Source: Octopus bimaculoides
Taxonomy: Eukaryota
Direction: 5' to 3'
Assembly: GCF_001194135.2 (NCBI RefSeq)
Contig: NC_068991.1
Coordinates: forward strand, 34,955,809-35,019,808
DNA: 64,000 bases
Part shown: piece after piece, positions 24,486 through 36,989 of the stretch
How positions within the stretch are numbered: position 1 is the first letter of the stretch
Layout of the letters: each line of letters opens with the position of its first letter
Notes under the pieces: generated by a model
Seen by the model: the letters and a program-made list of their open reading frames with translations, nothing else
Databases searched by the model: none
What the model was told of the DNA's origin: nothing
Position numbers and translations under genes: made by a program

Positions 24486-25757
24486 GACAAAATGAAATAA
24501 CAAAGCCAAGGCTGTGAGGAGTTTTCAGGACATTTATAAGGAAAAAGATATATAGTTTTATAGCTGTTTCTGGGATATTATGGATATCCCTTCATTGGAG
24601 ACGATGTAAGATGGTTAAATAGAGGTAAATATTTGAGTTCGAAATAAGGAATTATTATGGAAAAGAAGAAGATAGGGAATACAGAGGAAAATAAGAGAAT
24701 GAAAGTAGAAATTAAATATAAAATATATAAAAATATTGTAGTTACAGTTCCATTATTTGAGGAAAGTGGTGTATAGAAGTGGTAAAAAAGTTTCCTGTAC
24801 ATGGTATGTAAGTTCCAATAGTAGTTCATATTTAGTCATTTCAAAGTATAGAGCTATACTTCTCCTAATCAAAAAAGCTCATTTCTGTTTGATAGTTATA
24901 CTAGAATTTATTTATTATTATCTTAATTATAAAATATATAACTCCAAAAGAGTTTAAAATTTTAAAAACGAAGAAAAAAATTTAAAATAACAAAACAAAA
25001 AAAGCGCCCATGTGTGCTAAAAAATAAATAAATAAAACAAAAAATGTTTTGAATCAAATAGGTGCATTTCTTTTTTTTTTTGTTGCTTTTTTGCTAATTA
25101 ATGATTGAATACTTAATTAAATTTACAATTATAATTCTCATAATTAATTAACCTTTTACTCTGAATGATTGTTTGATTGACTAATATATTGATTACTTAT
25201 AACTTGCATTTAGGTAGTTTGAATCAATATTTAGCATTTCTAGCACAGCAACTTGCGTTTTTTGACTACTACAATGAAAAAAAATTGCAGATTCACCACT
25301 CACCAATTTATTTTTGTTTTTTTTTGTTGTTTTTTTTTTGTTTTTTTGGCATGATCTAACAAACTAATACTTATTTACGATTTATTTAATATGTTGGAAA
25401 TCTAACACTGCTTGAAGTCCAACATCAAGTGTAAATATGCACCACCTTTCTAGCATAAATCTATTTCTATTAATTATTCTAATAATTTTCTCTACATTTG
25501 CTCATTTTCTAATTTTAGTTACAATTTTCGATTTTATCATGAGCCAGTGTAACTAAAGTGCTCTTACAATTCATTTATTATTTACTTAGATTAATACTTA
25601 TTCTTATTTTAATTCAATCATCAAACATGAAAAATAATTCAAAAATTATTTAACAAAAGTATTAAATAAAATGAAAAATTCTTAATCAGGTACAATTATA
25701 AATTATTAATTGTCACTATTTATTAGTTTATTTGCATTGCCTGGAAAAATAATGGAA

Positions 25758-26637
25758 TACAATAGAAAATGCGGGCACATGGAGGTTAATATTCTTAAGT
25801 TATTACACCAGGCAAAGTACAGGACAAGCATATTTTTGCTTAAAATATTGCAGCTGTAGTTAAAATTTTAAAATATATCTAGATTTAAAAACTAAAAATA
25901 ATAGCTTTTATTAGCTACTCTATAATTAAAAATTAACTCAAATAATAGATTTAAGGCTAACTGTTAACAAAAAATAAAAAATTTTTCAATAGCCCCGTTT
26001 AAAATGTTTTTTCAATTACAAGTTTTTAAATACTCCCATATCCATATGGAGTGGGTGTATTGAGAGATTTACCTCCCCCCGACATTTCATACCACATGAG
26101 CTATGTAGCCCCTCACAAAGAAGAAAAATTTAATTAGAAAGAGTACCCCACCCCCACCTCTGGAAAATATCACTGTACCCTCCTCTAAGCCTCAATCCTA
26201 CCATAAAGATATCAACTGAACTTTCCTTTTTTGAAATTTCCAGAAGACCAGCCTTATGGTGTCTTTATCAATGAATTATAGTGTGCCAATTTTTATCAAA
26301 ATGATGAGCAAAAAAGGAATTTAAGTAGTTCTTAAACTTGTAATTGAAAAAACATTTTTAATGGGACTATTGAAAAATTTGTTACTTTTTGCTAATAGTT
26401 AGCCTTAAATTTATTATTTGAGTTGATTTTTTAATTATAGAATAGCTTATAAAAGCTATTATTTTTAGTTTTTAAATCTAAATATATTTTTAAATTTTAA
26501 CAATAGCAGCAATATTTTAAGTATAAATATGCTTGTCCTGTACTCTTCCAGGTGTAATAACTTATCCTGTACTTTTCCTGTACTTATTAAAATAACTTAA
26601 GAATAGTAACCTCCATGTGTCTGCATTTTTCATTGTA
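25758..26637. mobile_element. Fold-back / MITE element with ~270-300-bp inverted arms (25758-26025 vs 26334-26637)
   Basis: Arms are reverse complements, e.g. cttaagttattacacc / ggtgtaataactta and ttttttcaattacaagttt / aaacttgtaattgaaaaaa. Termini TACAAT...ATTGTA. Confidence 0.85.
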
Positions 26638-27339
26638 TAGTGTGGGCATGAATGAATGTGTATACAGAGAATACTTTGCACTTGTATGTAAAGAAGCAGA
26701 TTTGGTAATTTAGGAAGTATAGTTTCAGTACTCTTAATATTTATTCTCTTTATGAGAGTTCGTTCAATCAGTTCTTGTCAATCAAAACAAAAATAAATAC
26801 AGATAGATTTAACAGGGCTGGATGGATTTAAAGTTTGAGGACACAGGGGATTATTAATGAACCTAATTTTAATAAACTACATCACCATTAAGTCTGTCAA
26901 GAATTTTTTGCAGCTGAAAGGAACCTAAAGATTGCAGGCATGTTGTAGTGGGACTAATCCCAATTTTCATAACTTTACATAGTTAAAGAGATATTTCTAG
27001 TCCAGGATAGATACATTTGTCTAATGCATGATTTTTTTATACTATAGGAAACTTTGATGCAATAAACTATTTACATTAAGAAGAGAAAATAAACAACACT
27101 AATGCCACCACCATATAAGATGTTACATATAAAGAAAATTAGGGTTAATACTAAGAAGAGCGGGATGTTTTTCCTTTTACTAAACAATCAACAGAGAAGT
27201 AAAATTGTCAGCTCCTCATCCAGACAACTGAGGCAAGAAAAGTTATGTCTTGTTCAGTGGTTCAACATTATGGATCTAGTATTGTCTGAACTGAAGACCT
27301 GTTCCAATATAACAATATAACAATAGCCAAGTGACTGAA

Positions 27340-27500
27340 ATTAATACAGGAATGTGGTCAGAAATTCTTTGTCATCCAGGCAAACATCCAGCTGATCACG
27401 CCTGCTACAGTTCTTGCCAATCTTCACACATTCTCTGCATCCAGTGCCCACATCTCACTGCCGTACAGCATCATATTTCATACACAAGTACCATGCAATT
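27340..27500 (-). mobile_element. Short RTE fragment abutting the gypsy integrase
   Basis: TCV*NMMLYGSEMWALDAE resembles the RTE MLHGSETWA motif. Confidence 0.55.
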
Positions 27501-30500
27501 TGTGTAAAAAACTTACTGTAACCGCAGATGTCAGCTTTTCACACTTATGCACTTCAGGCCACTTTGAAAAACTGTCCACCACAAGGTAATATGAACCCTT
27601 AAGTGGACCTGCATAATCAACATGCAGCCTGAACTATGGAATATCTGTTTTTGGCCACGGTTGCCGTTTAGTGGTATGTCATTTTTAATCTAAAATATAC
27701 TCTCCTTCATTTTCTACAATACTCTTCCATCTATCTGATGGACTTGCAAGGCCCCTCTTCCAAAATTCACTTGTCTGTGATGAAAAATACTCCTCCAGTA
27801 CTGTTCTGACCTTCTCTACAGAATTCATATTTTTTCCGTCCAAATGATTTCAAAGACTACAAAATAATTGATAATCAGATGGGACAATATCCGGCAAATA
27901 TGGTGGGTGGGGCATTGTTTCCCATTCAAACTGCTCCAGCCTTTGGAATGTCCTCTTCGCTGTATGTGGCTGAGCATTATCTTAATGGAAGAATACCTTA
28001 CGTCTTGAAACCAAAGATGGTCGTTTTGCTTCTAGTGATGAATGGTTAAATGACCAAATCCAAGCTTCTCTGCTAGTTCCTCAATAGTTACAATGGGATT
28101 TTGTTCCACCAGGGTTTGCAGGATGTCCTCGTCCAGCTCTACAGATCTTCCAGGATCTTGTCTTCTAGGCTGTAGTTTCCGGCTCGGAATTTCTGGAACC
28201 ACCGTTAACACTCGCTTATGTTTACTGTCTGATCCTCATATACTGCATTAATATTCCTCACATTTTCCGTTGCACTGTTACCTTTATTGAACTCATAAAG
28301 CAAAATATGCTGAATATGCTCCTTTGCTACTTGCATTATAGCTTTGAAAAAATAACTGTTAAAATCGAACTGCACTAAGAATAAGTACAAGGTAAAATTA
28401 CTACCTGCTTTTATAGCAAGTTGATGCAAGTAGTTTATCTCATCCCCCTCTGACTTTTAATTCATGCAATTGAAAAAAACTGCATTATTTATGGGATGAC
28501 CTAATACATAACTTCTCATTAGTGATTCCATTCTCGAAACCCCTGGGTGACCAATGTGAAATCCCTTTAGTAATCACGTCTGTTGTGCGGCTGGCACTAT
28601 GAATTTGTGCAAACACATTGTCACACATTGAGAATGGGTTCAACTTTGTGTTGTGCATATTTTCATCTCTTTTAGCCATCAACGTTTCTTTCATTTTTTT
28701 TTAATTAATTAGTTTTCCGATTTTAATTTTGTCTAGTAGTTCATGTATGACATTACACAAAACATTTTTAATTTCATTTTCTGCTTGCAACGCAGCAATC
28801 ATGGTATCTTCAAATGGTTCAGCATTTTTTGAAATCAGTCTTGATAGGTAATCAGCGTGTACTAATTTTTTTGATGGTATATACTCCATCTTAAAATCAT
28901 AGTTTAATAATATAGTACCCCAGCATTGCAACCTATTAGCAGTATGGGTAGGGATTCCTTCCTTTGACTCATATATAGATAATAATGGATGATGATCAGT
29001 CTGTAGTTGAAAACTTTTACCATGTAAAAATCTATGAAATTATTTTATGGCAAAAATAATCAATAGAGCCTCATTTTCAATTTGGCTGTAATTTTTTTTT
29101 TTTTTTCCTGATATCAGAGAACATGAAGCATGAACCACTGCCTTCATGTTACCATCTTTATATTTATGTAGCATTACTGCTCCAATACCATACTCAGAGG
29201 CATCTCTGCTGCAGGATCAAAGTGTGCTAACAAGAAATCAGAGGTTAATATTTTTAAAATTTCGTTGAAAAGCCTTCTGACAATTTTTAGACCAATTCCA
29301 CTTTACATCTTTTTTAATAGATTATTTAGTGGAACTCTTACCTTATGCATGTTTGGAATATAACTTTGGTAATAATTTGCCAGTCCCAAAAAAGCTTGTA
29401 ACGTTGCTATATTTGTTGGAGGGGCCATATTTTTAATTGTGTCTACCCTCGACAGATCTGGTTGACATCCATTTCTGTCAATGATTTGTCTTAAATATTT
29501 TATTTTCAGTAAGAAAAATTCACACTTTTCTTCACTCAAAGTAAAGCCATAATCCCTAACTTTTTCGAACACATATTTTACATGCTCTACGTGTTGGTCC
29601 CAAGTTTTGCTTTTGGTAAATTCAGTCTGCTAACATTGCATCCATAATCTGTTGAAAAATCGCCAGTGTGACTTTTAAGCCAAATGGTAACCTGTTGTAT
29701 ACAGTGTGTTAATTGTTAGGTATTTAGAATATTCATCATCTACCTTGATTTGTAGGAACACATCAGAGAGATCCAACTTAGAAAATATCTTGCCACCATT
29801 TAATTTTGCAAATATGTCTTCCGGAGTAGATAGTGGATAGTGGAGCGTTTTAAGACATTCATTTAAACCAGTGGAAAAATCATCACACACTCTGATTTTA
29901 TTATTCTTTTTCTTAAAGTACACAGTCGGTACTGCTCATTTAGAGTATTCCCCTTTCTGAATAACTCTAATTTTTTCTAGTCTCTCTAACTCTAAGTTTA
30001 TCTGTTCTAATGCTGCGAATGGTACAGTTCTTTTTGGTTTAAATACTGGTATGGCATTTTCTTTTACTTGAAACTTCGCCTTTGTTTTGGTGCACAGACC
30101 TAATTTATCAGACAAAACTTCAGGAGAAATCTTTTTAAATTTTTTAAAATTTTTCTGACAACTTATTTGCACTGGTGGTAAAACCATTCACATTTTTACA
30201 GAAAAGATTTATGGGGAGGTCCCATAAGTTAAATAATTCCATCCAGTCTGTGCCGAATAAATATATCATATTTCAACACAAAAATTGGCTTTTAAGCTTT
30301 TTCCATGAAATGTAACATCACTTATCATTTTTTGCCCTTAAAATGTAATTTTTTCCCTGAAACATCACATGTAATTTTTAAATTTTCTTTTCTGCGTCAA
30401 TTATTGAGATATCACTGTCCATATCCAATCATAACTTTACGTTTATGTTATTAATTTTTTACATACACAAATTTCCTTTGAGACTCGTTCATATTTCTAG

Positions 30501-31070
30501 TCACCGATATCCTGTCTACATGATTTTTGCTGTTGAACTGTTTTTTAGGTTTTGTTTTACTGTGTGATTTTTATGACCTATCTTACCACACTTGAAGCAT
30601 TTTATATTTTTAAATGGACAGTTACTTTTAAAATGTAGACCACTGCACCATAACATGGATTCAGTCTTGACATTTTTTCTCTTTTTTCTTATCTATTACC
30701 GGTTAAAATGCATGAATATGAGAGCAGTCTTTTTCTTCAATTTTATCTGTGTCATGTCTTAGATTTATAATCTTCTGGCATTCTTCTCCTACTGCCTGTA
30801 GAGTTAATTTTTGGTCCCATTCTAATTTTGTGAATATCTGGAATATATATCTCCATCTTTGCTTGTAGTTAGCCTGTGAACAAAAATTAGACATTTGAAT
30901 ATGTCTAGGGTTAATTCATTTAATTTGAATTTTTCACATTCTCTGATAACAACCCCATCATAGGTGACAAAATCTTCAACATTTTTTTGACCAAATTCAA
31001 ACATTGCCAGCAAGTATTGAACATGGAACAAATCTCAACTGGCTTCTTCGACAGAATATAGTTACTATAT
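27500..31070 (-). mobile_element. Decayed Ty3/gypsy internal region (gag-CCHC, PR, RT, RNase H, integrase), LTRs not seen, interrupted by a mariner
   Basis: ORF fragments 30822-31031 (gag); CFKCGKIGH knuckle near 30580; RVCDDFSTGLN...FSKLDLSDVFLQI; LQAFLGLANYY; HADYLSRLI; HIGHPGVSRM; RLHVDYAGP...VVDSFSKWPEV. Confidence 0.92.
27685..28504 (-). mobile_element. Internally deleted mariner (DD34D) nested in the gypsy integrase
   Basis: 5' TIR TA|TTAGGTCATCCCATAAATAATGC at 28504. N-terminal HIQHILLYEFNKGNSA. C-terminal DNAQPH...PHPPYLPDIVPSDYQLF ending in TAA at 27685. Confidence 0.9.
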
Positions 31071-32239
31071 TTTTCATGTTTGGCAGGGGATAACTTTCTT
31101 AAAAGTAGTTGTACTTTTTTCTCATCAGACCAATTTTTACATTCTTCTTTGAAGACTTCTTTGTATCTTTGAAAATATGCAGAGAAGGTAATCCCTTCTT
31201 CTTTTCAATGAGTTCTGTAGAGACAAAAATAAATGGTAGTCAGATGACACAATATCAGGAGAATATGGTGGATGGGGTAAGAGATCCCAGCCAAGTTCAT
31301 GTAACTTTGTTCAGATAGCCAAAGATACATGTGGTTGGGCACTGTCTTGTTGGAACACTACCCCTTTCCTGTTGGCAATCTCCAGCCTCAATTCTTTGGG
31401 GTTTTTTTTTTTTGTTCAATTTAGCCAGCTGACAACAGTACACATGGTCTGGTTTTGTGGGAGAAGCTCATAATAAATAATGCTTTTATGATCCTACCAA
31501 TCACAAAGCATAGCTTTTTTTGCATAGATATTCATCTTTGGCTGCTGTTTTGGGGGATCCTTATGCAAACTTCAGGATCTTTTTTACACTAAGTTTTCAT
31601 ACACAATCCATTTTTCATCTCCAGTCATAAGTTGTTTCAAAAAAGGCATGCTTTCATTCTGTTTCAAAAGCATATCACAAATGGAATATCAGTCCAAGCA
31701 ATTCTTTTCTGAGAGTTTGCAAGAGACCCATACATTATAGCGAGAAATGTATCCTAGCTTCACTAGGTATTCATGAGCTGTACTTTTAGAAACTTCCAAC
31801 TCCTCTGCAAGTTCTCTAGTCATGATATTTGAGTTTTCTTCGATTTTACCTTCAAAACATCTTCATCCAAATTTGAAGGTCTTCCACTGCAGCTGTCATC
31901 TTCCAAACTAAACTCTCCAGCTTTAAATTTTGGAAAGCACCTTTGAACAGTTCATACACCTCCAGCAACATCACCATAAACTTCACAAATGTTTTGCAAG
32001 TCTTTGCAACATTTTCTCCTTTTTTAAAAAAGAAAAGCATTATAACACGAATATGAAATTTTTGGTTATCCATTTCAAGTGTCAATAAAGGGTAACTGGA
32101 ATGAAAGATAAATCTATTTTTAGTCAGAAACAATAAGAGATGCACTACCACTTCAACAACTATGTTATGTTTCAGGTATGGTCAATGAAGTGTTAAAAGA
32201 TTTAGCTTCAAAACACTCAGAACTTTCCAGACAACCTAA
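31070..32239 (-). mobile_element. Second decayed mariner, abutting the gypsy gag
   Basis: TIR TA|TTAGGTTGTCTGGAAAGTT at 32239. MDNQKFHIRVIMLFFFKKG N-terminus. DSAQPH...LPHPPYSPDIVSSDYHLFLSL. Confidence 0.85.
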
Positions 32240-32329
32240 TATATGGAATCTCTACCAACTCCTTTTCTGCATATTGAACATGACCAAGGTAATATTTCAT
32301 CATAGCTAGACATGAGATTTAGCATGCCC

Positions 32330-32590
32330 CTGGACTGGCTCTTGTGCGGATGGCACATAAAAGACACCATTTCGAGCGTGGCCGTTTTCGTGCGGGTGAC
32401 ACATAAAAGCACCCACTACACTCTCTGAGTGGTTGGCGTTAGGAAGGGCATCCAGCTGTAGAAACTCTGCCAAATTAGATTGGAGCCTGGTGTAGCCATC
32501 CGGTTGCACCAGTCCTCAGTCAAATCGTCCAACCCATGCTAGCATGGAAAGCGGACGTTTAAACGATGATGATGATGATGATGATGATGC
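32330..32590 (+). mobile_element. Young SINE family A copy with (GAT)n tail
   Basis: Near-identical to 1-230; CpGs retained. Confidence 0.85.
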
Positions 32591-33245
32591 ATCCAACTAT
32601 AGCAAATCTTTCACAACAAATTTCATCTGATTCATGCAAGTATGGAAAAGGGAACATTATGATGATGGTGGTGATGATAATGATGAGTATTATTATGCTG
32701 TGTTTCTTTAAATGCAGCTGTACCTTATTCATCAGTATTTTCTGCAATGGTACTTATCTTTACAGTGTGACAATTATGATGCATTTTCACTCATCCAGTC
32801 TCTGCAGTGCTTGCTACTAAAATATGTATACATTAGTAGGATTACTGGCTTGTTCTTTCAGCATTACAAACAAGCTCTTTTATAGTTAAAAGGCTGAGTA
32901 GTATTCTCTTTTGAATCTGGTCCTTCCATATCATTTTTGGTGATGATTGTAGATTTAATGGATACAAATGCCTTCACTGCATTAATATGAAGTTTATCCT
33001 TCACAATGGTAGAAATCAACATGAGACAAACTGAAACCTCATGTAAACACTGAAACAGCTTTTCCTTATTCATGCTGGGCTGTTAACTTAATCAATTTCT
33101 TTTTTCTTAAGCAGCAGGAAACTCACTTTTACAAGTGTTAGGGATGTTTTAGGGTTAATAAGCAACACAAAAATAAAATCAAATAAATAATTGAGAACCA
33201 AAATCAAAATAAAGTTATTTTATGGATAAAGTTGAATCTACTTAC

Positions 33246-33487
33246 AGCTCTGCCATCAAGTTCATCACAAACTTTTTGACTTTTTTCTAAGTCCTTTTCT
33301 ATTTCCTTTACACTGAACTTGTCACTCATCCGTTGCATGAAGTTTCCTTGGAGCTTTTGATTCTTCCTTTTTACCATTTCTTGAAATTTATTTATTTCTG
33401 CTAATTGTTCTTTTCTTTTAGTTGCCAATCCAAGACCTTCTCGGTTACATTTTACTTTGATGGGGACTGGTTCTGAACGTCCTTGAC
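33246..33487 (-). CDS. GPATCH11: GPATCH11 coding exon 3 (GQGRSEPVPIKVKCNREGLG...DLEKSQKVCDELDGRA)
   Basis: Acceptor tgttttaaag|GT. 242 nt. G-patch end (EPVP...GLG) and the DLxxSQxxCxxLD motif. Donor GCT|GTAAGT, phase 0. Confidence 0.95.
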
Positions 33488-34616
33488 CTTTAAAACAAAA
33501 TCCAATAATATAATCAGCAATAGAAAGTGTGTAAGATGAGAAGAAATATATAATCAATTGATTTGGATCATATTACTGATTTTAATTTATTTTCCCAACT
33601 GGAATGGAAGACAAAGCACCAAACTAGAAACCAAAGTAAAAATTTATTATACATGGAAAGAAACACTAATTTAGAAAGTGACAGCATCGCAGTCAAGAAT
33701 AGATTAAATATAAATGAGAAAAAAGACTAAAACCTTTTACCATGAAATAAAGAAATAACTTTAATCCTGATATTTCCACTGAAAAAGGTTTTATTCAAAG
33801 GTAAAGAGAAAGACAGAGATGTTTTAGTTTGTCAGAGTTCCTGTCTATATGATGGGGTTGAGAAGTGCTGAGACAGTGTTGAGACAATTAGGCGTTGAGA
33901 GCATGAGAAGTGTTGAGACAATGAGATTGAATTTTGCATGGCACAGGAACTGGTAAAAGTGGCTAGATTAGTCAATGTGCTTCATGCATTTTATGTCAGC
34001 TATTGATGGTGGGTTTGAATTGTTTTATGAGAGCTACCTCCTTAATTCACAAATACCCAACATTTCAGTCTGCATCTCTGAAAGTGAAAGTAATGTCTTG
34101 GCTGCAGCATTTATTCAGGTAATTTTTTCACTGATGAAGCATCTGTATGGAGATGTCCATTGATTTGGATGTATGAGTGCTGAAGAATGCTACCAATATA
34201 GTATCTGCTGCCTTGTGAGCATGGTAGATGATATGTATACCCATAAAAATATGTCCAGGTGGCAAAATAGACAGTCAGCCAACATGGTTATATCATATGC
34301 ATAAGGAGACCATCTTTTATACAGATATTTTGGGCTTGCATGGGATAGCTGTATATCTAACCTTTATCTACATATAGCCTTGTAGACAGCAGAAGTTGCT
34401 TGGTTGATGAAGAGTTGTTTTATTTCTTTCACTTGGAAGATGTTTAGTAGCTGATAAAGGTTGCTGGGTAACCATGAATTTCCAGCATCCTTAAGAACTA
34501 CTTGGTATGGCAAACTTCTTCAATATATAGTCCATCTTTTAATCTAAAAAAGCAGCAAAGCCAATGATTTACTATTACAAATGTTGCTATCTCTTTCTCT
34601 CTCTCTCTTTCTCTCA

Positions 34617-34663
<47 letters not shown>

Positions 34664-35157
34664 TCTAGAAGATCGTCAGATCAAATCTCAGGCATTTGAT
34701 TTGATGATATGTAGTAAGACTTGCTGACAATGTCAAATAAGTAAAGTTATTCAATATGACACAGTAATTCATTATTTAAGACCAGAGTTAGGGTTATGGT
34801 AGAACAATGCACTGCAGGCTAAGTCACTTTATGCAACAGTTATTGCTGATTCCTTGTATAGTTATAATTACATATTTCAGAGACAGAACAATTTACAGTT
34901 AAAGGGCTTCAGTCATTTCTGATTAAGTAGACATAAGACACTGAGGTAGCAAACAATCCAATATTGGTTATAACCTTTGAACTTGTATACCCTGCATTCC
35001 TCATTTGATCAGAAATCATCCTTTATGTTACCATGCAATAGCCACTTAAGTGGAGGTGCAGGAAGGCAATCAGCATATGTTATATTCTCTGCTCCAATTT
35101 TTACATGATCTGAAAATTTGATGGTTTTCTGAAGTAGGGTGAATGGACTAGAAACAT

Positions 35158-35592
35158 TGCAGTGTGGTTAAGAAGATCACTTTGCAACCACATGGTTTTA
35201 GGTTCAGTCCCATTGTGTGGCACCTTGGGCAAGTGTCATCTACTATAGCCCAAGGCAGACCAATACCCTTCAAGTGAATCTGATAGACAGAAACTGTATG
35301 GAAGTCCATTGTGTGTGTCTGTCACACATGTGCATGTGTGCGTGTGTTCATGCATGCATGCATGCATGCCTGTCTGTCTTTGTGTTTGTCCCCCTCACCA
35401 CTGGAGACACTGGTGTTGGTTTGTTTATGTCATCATAATTTAGCAGTTTGGCAAAAGAGACTGATAGAATATGTACCAGACTTTAATAAAACATCAGTAC
35501 TGAGGTTGATTTGTTCAACTGAACCCTTTGAGGCAGAGGCCTAACATAGCCACAATTCAATGACTGAAACAGGTAAACAATAAAAGATAAAA
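35158..35592 (+). mobile_element. SINE family B copy, CpG-decayed, in GPATCH11 intron 2
   Basis: Colinear with 10848-11232; CpG to TpG/CpA changes. Confidence 0.8.
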
Positions 35593-35757
35593 TTTAATAG
35601 TAGTTCTTGTAGAATTTATCATCCAACAGACTTTTTATTAAATAAAAATGTCAGTAATAAATAATAGTTAATAAATAAAATCTATGTCCCCAAATTTGAA
35701 ATTTAAAATTTTTAGTCTGATAAACAAACATCAGAAAAGAATAGGGTATCAACCAAC

Positions 35758-35987
35758 CTTCTTTGCCTAGTGACATTCCTGGTTTATAACCCATTTTCTG
35801 TAATAATGCAAATCCTTTGTTATCTTCACTGAGCTTTATACTTAAACCTTCTGTTCGCCTTTCTTTTTCACTTTCTTTCATATTCTTTCGTTTCAACTGG
35901 TTCTGTCTGTTGGCCTGTTTTGTTGCCTTCTCTACATGGTATTGTCGACTTGTTGCTTTAGACACAAGTCCTGGTCGTAAGTTAACA
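35758..35987 (-). CDS. GPATCH11: GPATCH11 coding exon 2 (CVNLRPGLV...start of G-patch NKGFALLQKMGYKPGMSLGKE)
   Basis: Acceptor ttcattctag|T completes TGT with exon 1. 230 nt open frame with RPGL and the G-patch start. Donor GAA G|GTTGGT, phase 1. Confidence 0.95.
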
Positions 35988-36256
35988 CTAGAATGAAATC
36001 ATCACATGTATTAATTGATTCATCTGTAGTCCTACATATGATAACATCCCATAACTGACTGGCCGATTAGGGCAACACTGGGAAATATATGTTATATAGT
36101 TATAAGTTTGTCTTGCTGCTCATTTCAATCTGAATCCATTCGAAATGACCTAAGGTCAGCTAAATCAGTATTTCAGAAAGAAGTTAGGGATATAGGTAAG
36201 TGTAATGAATCTAATGTTAAAGTTTAATATGTATGTGTATATACTTAAATAAATAA

Positions 36257-36304
<48 letters not shown>

Positions 36305-36989
36305 TAGTAGAAACACCCACCGTTGATTGGGTTGAAAAAAGCTGCCAAAATTATATTATGAATATTGAAAGTTATTCACTTAGATTGTATTGAATATATA
36401 CAAGAAATGACTGTCAACTTTCATGTAGAGAATAGAACTGTTTCCTTCTGGCCAATAGCATCATGGGTGCATATAAACTTTTGATCTATGATCTCTAGTA
36501 TTTCAGTCTAGAAATGAAGCAAACATTGCAGACTTTGGCTTATGCCTAGTACAAGGTAATTAAGTAAAAGTTAGGGGAAAACTAAAAACATATGTACTAT
36601 AATTTATTGAATTTAAGTATTACAACAAGCAAAAATACAAATAGCTTTTCAAAACAAATAAAAACAATATAATAATGCTATTAAAGTGCATACACAAATT
36701 TAATAGGAATACATAATAACAATCTATCTCTGAGTAGCATACTACTTACACAGAATAATGAAGGAGACAACTGAAGATCAAACATTGTAAAACATGAAAA
36801 ATAGTCCATGAATAATTTTAAGAAAATGACTCTCCCCAGACACAACAGAATTTTGTTTTTAGTTTTCCTAGAACTTTCATTTAGTTTTATTGTGTCTGGG
36901 GAGAATCCTTCTGTCTTGATGTCTTATTAACACTCGCCAGTTCGAGTTCCACTCATTTGTTTTGTTTTTTTTCCTAAAATTTTTGTTGC

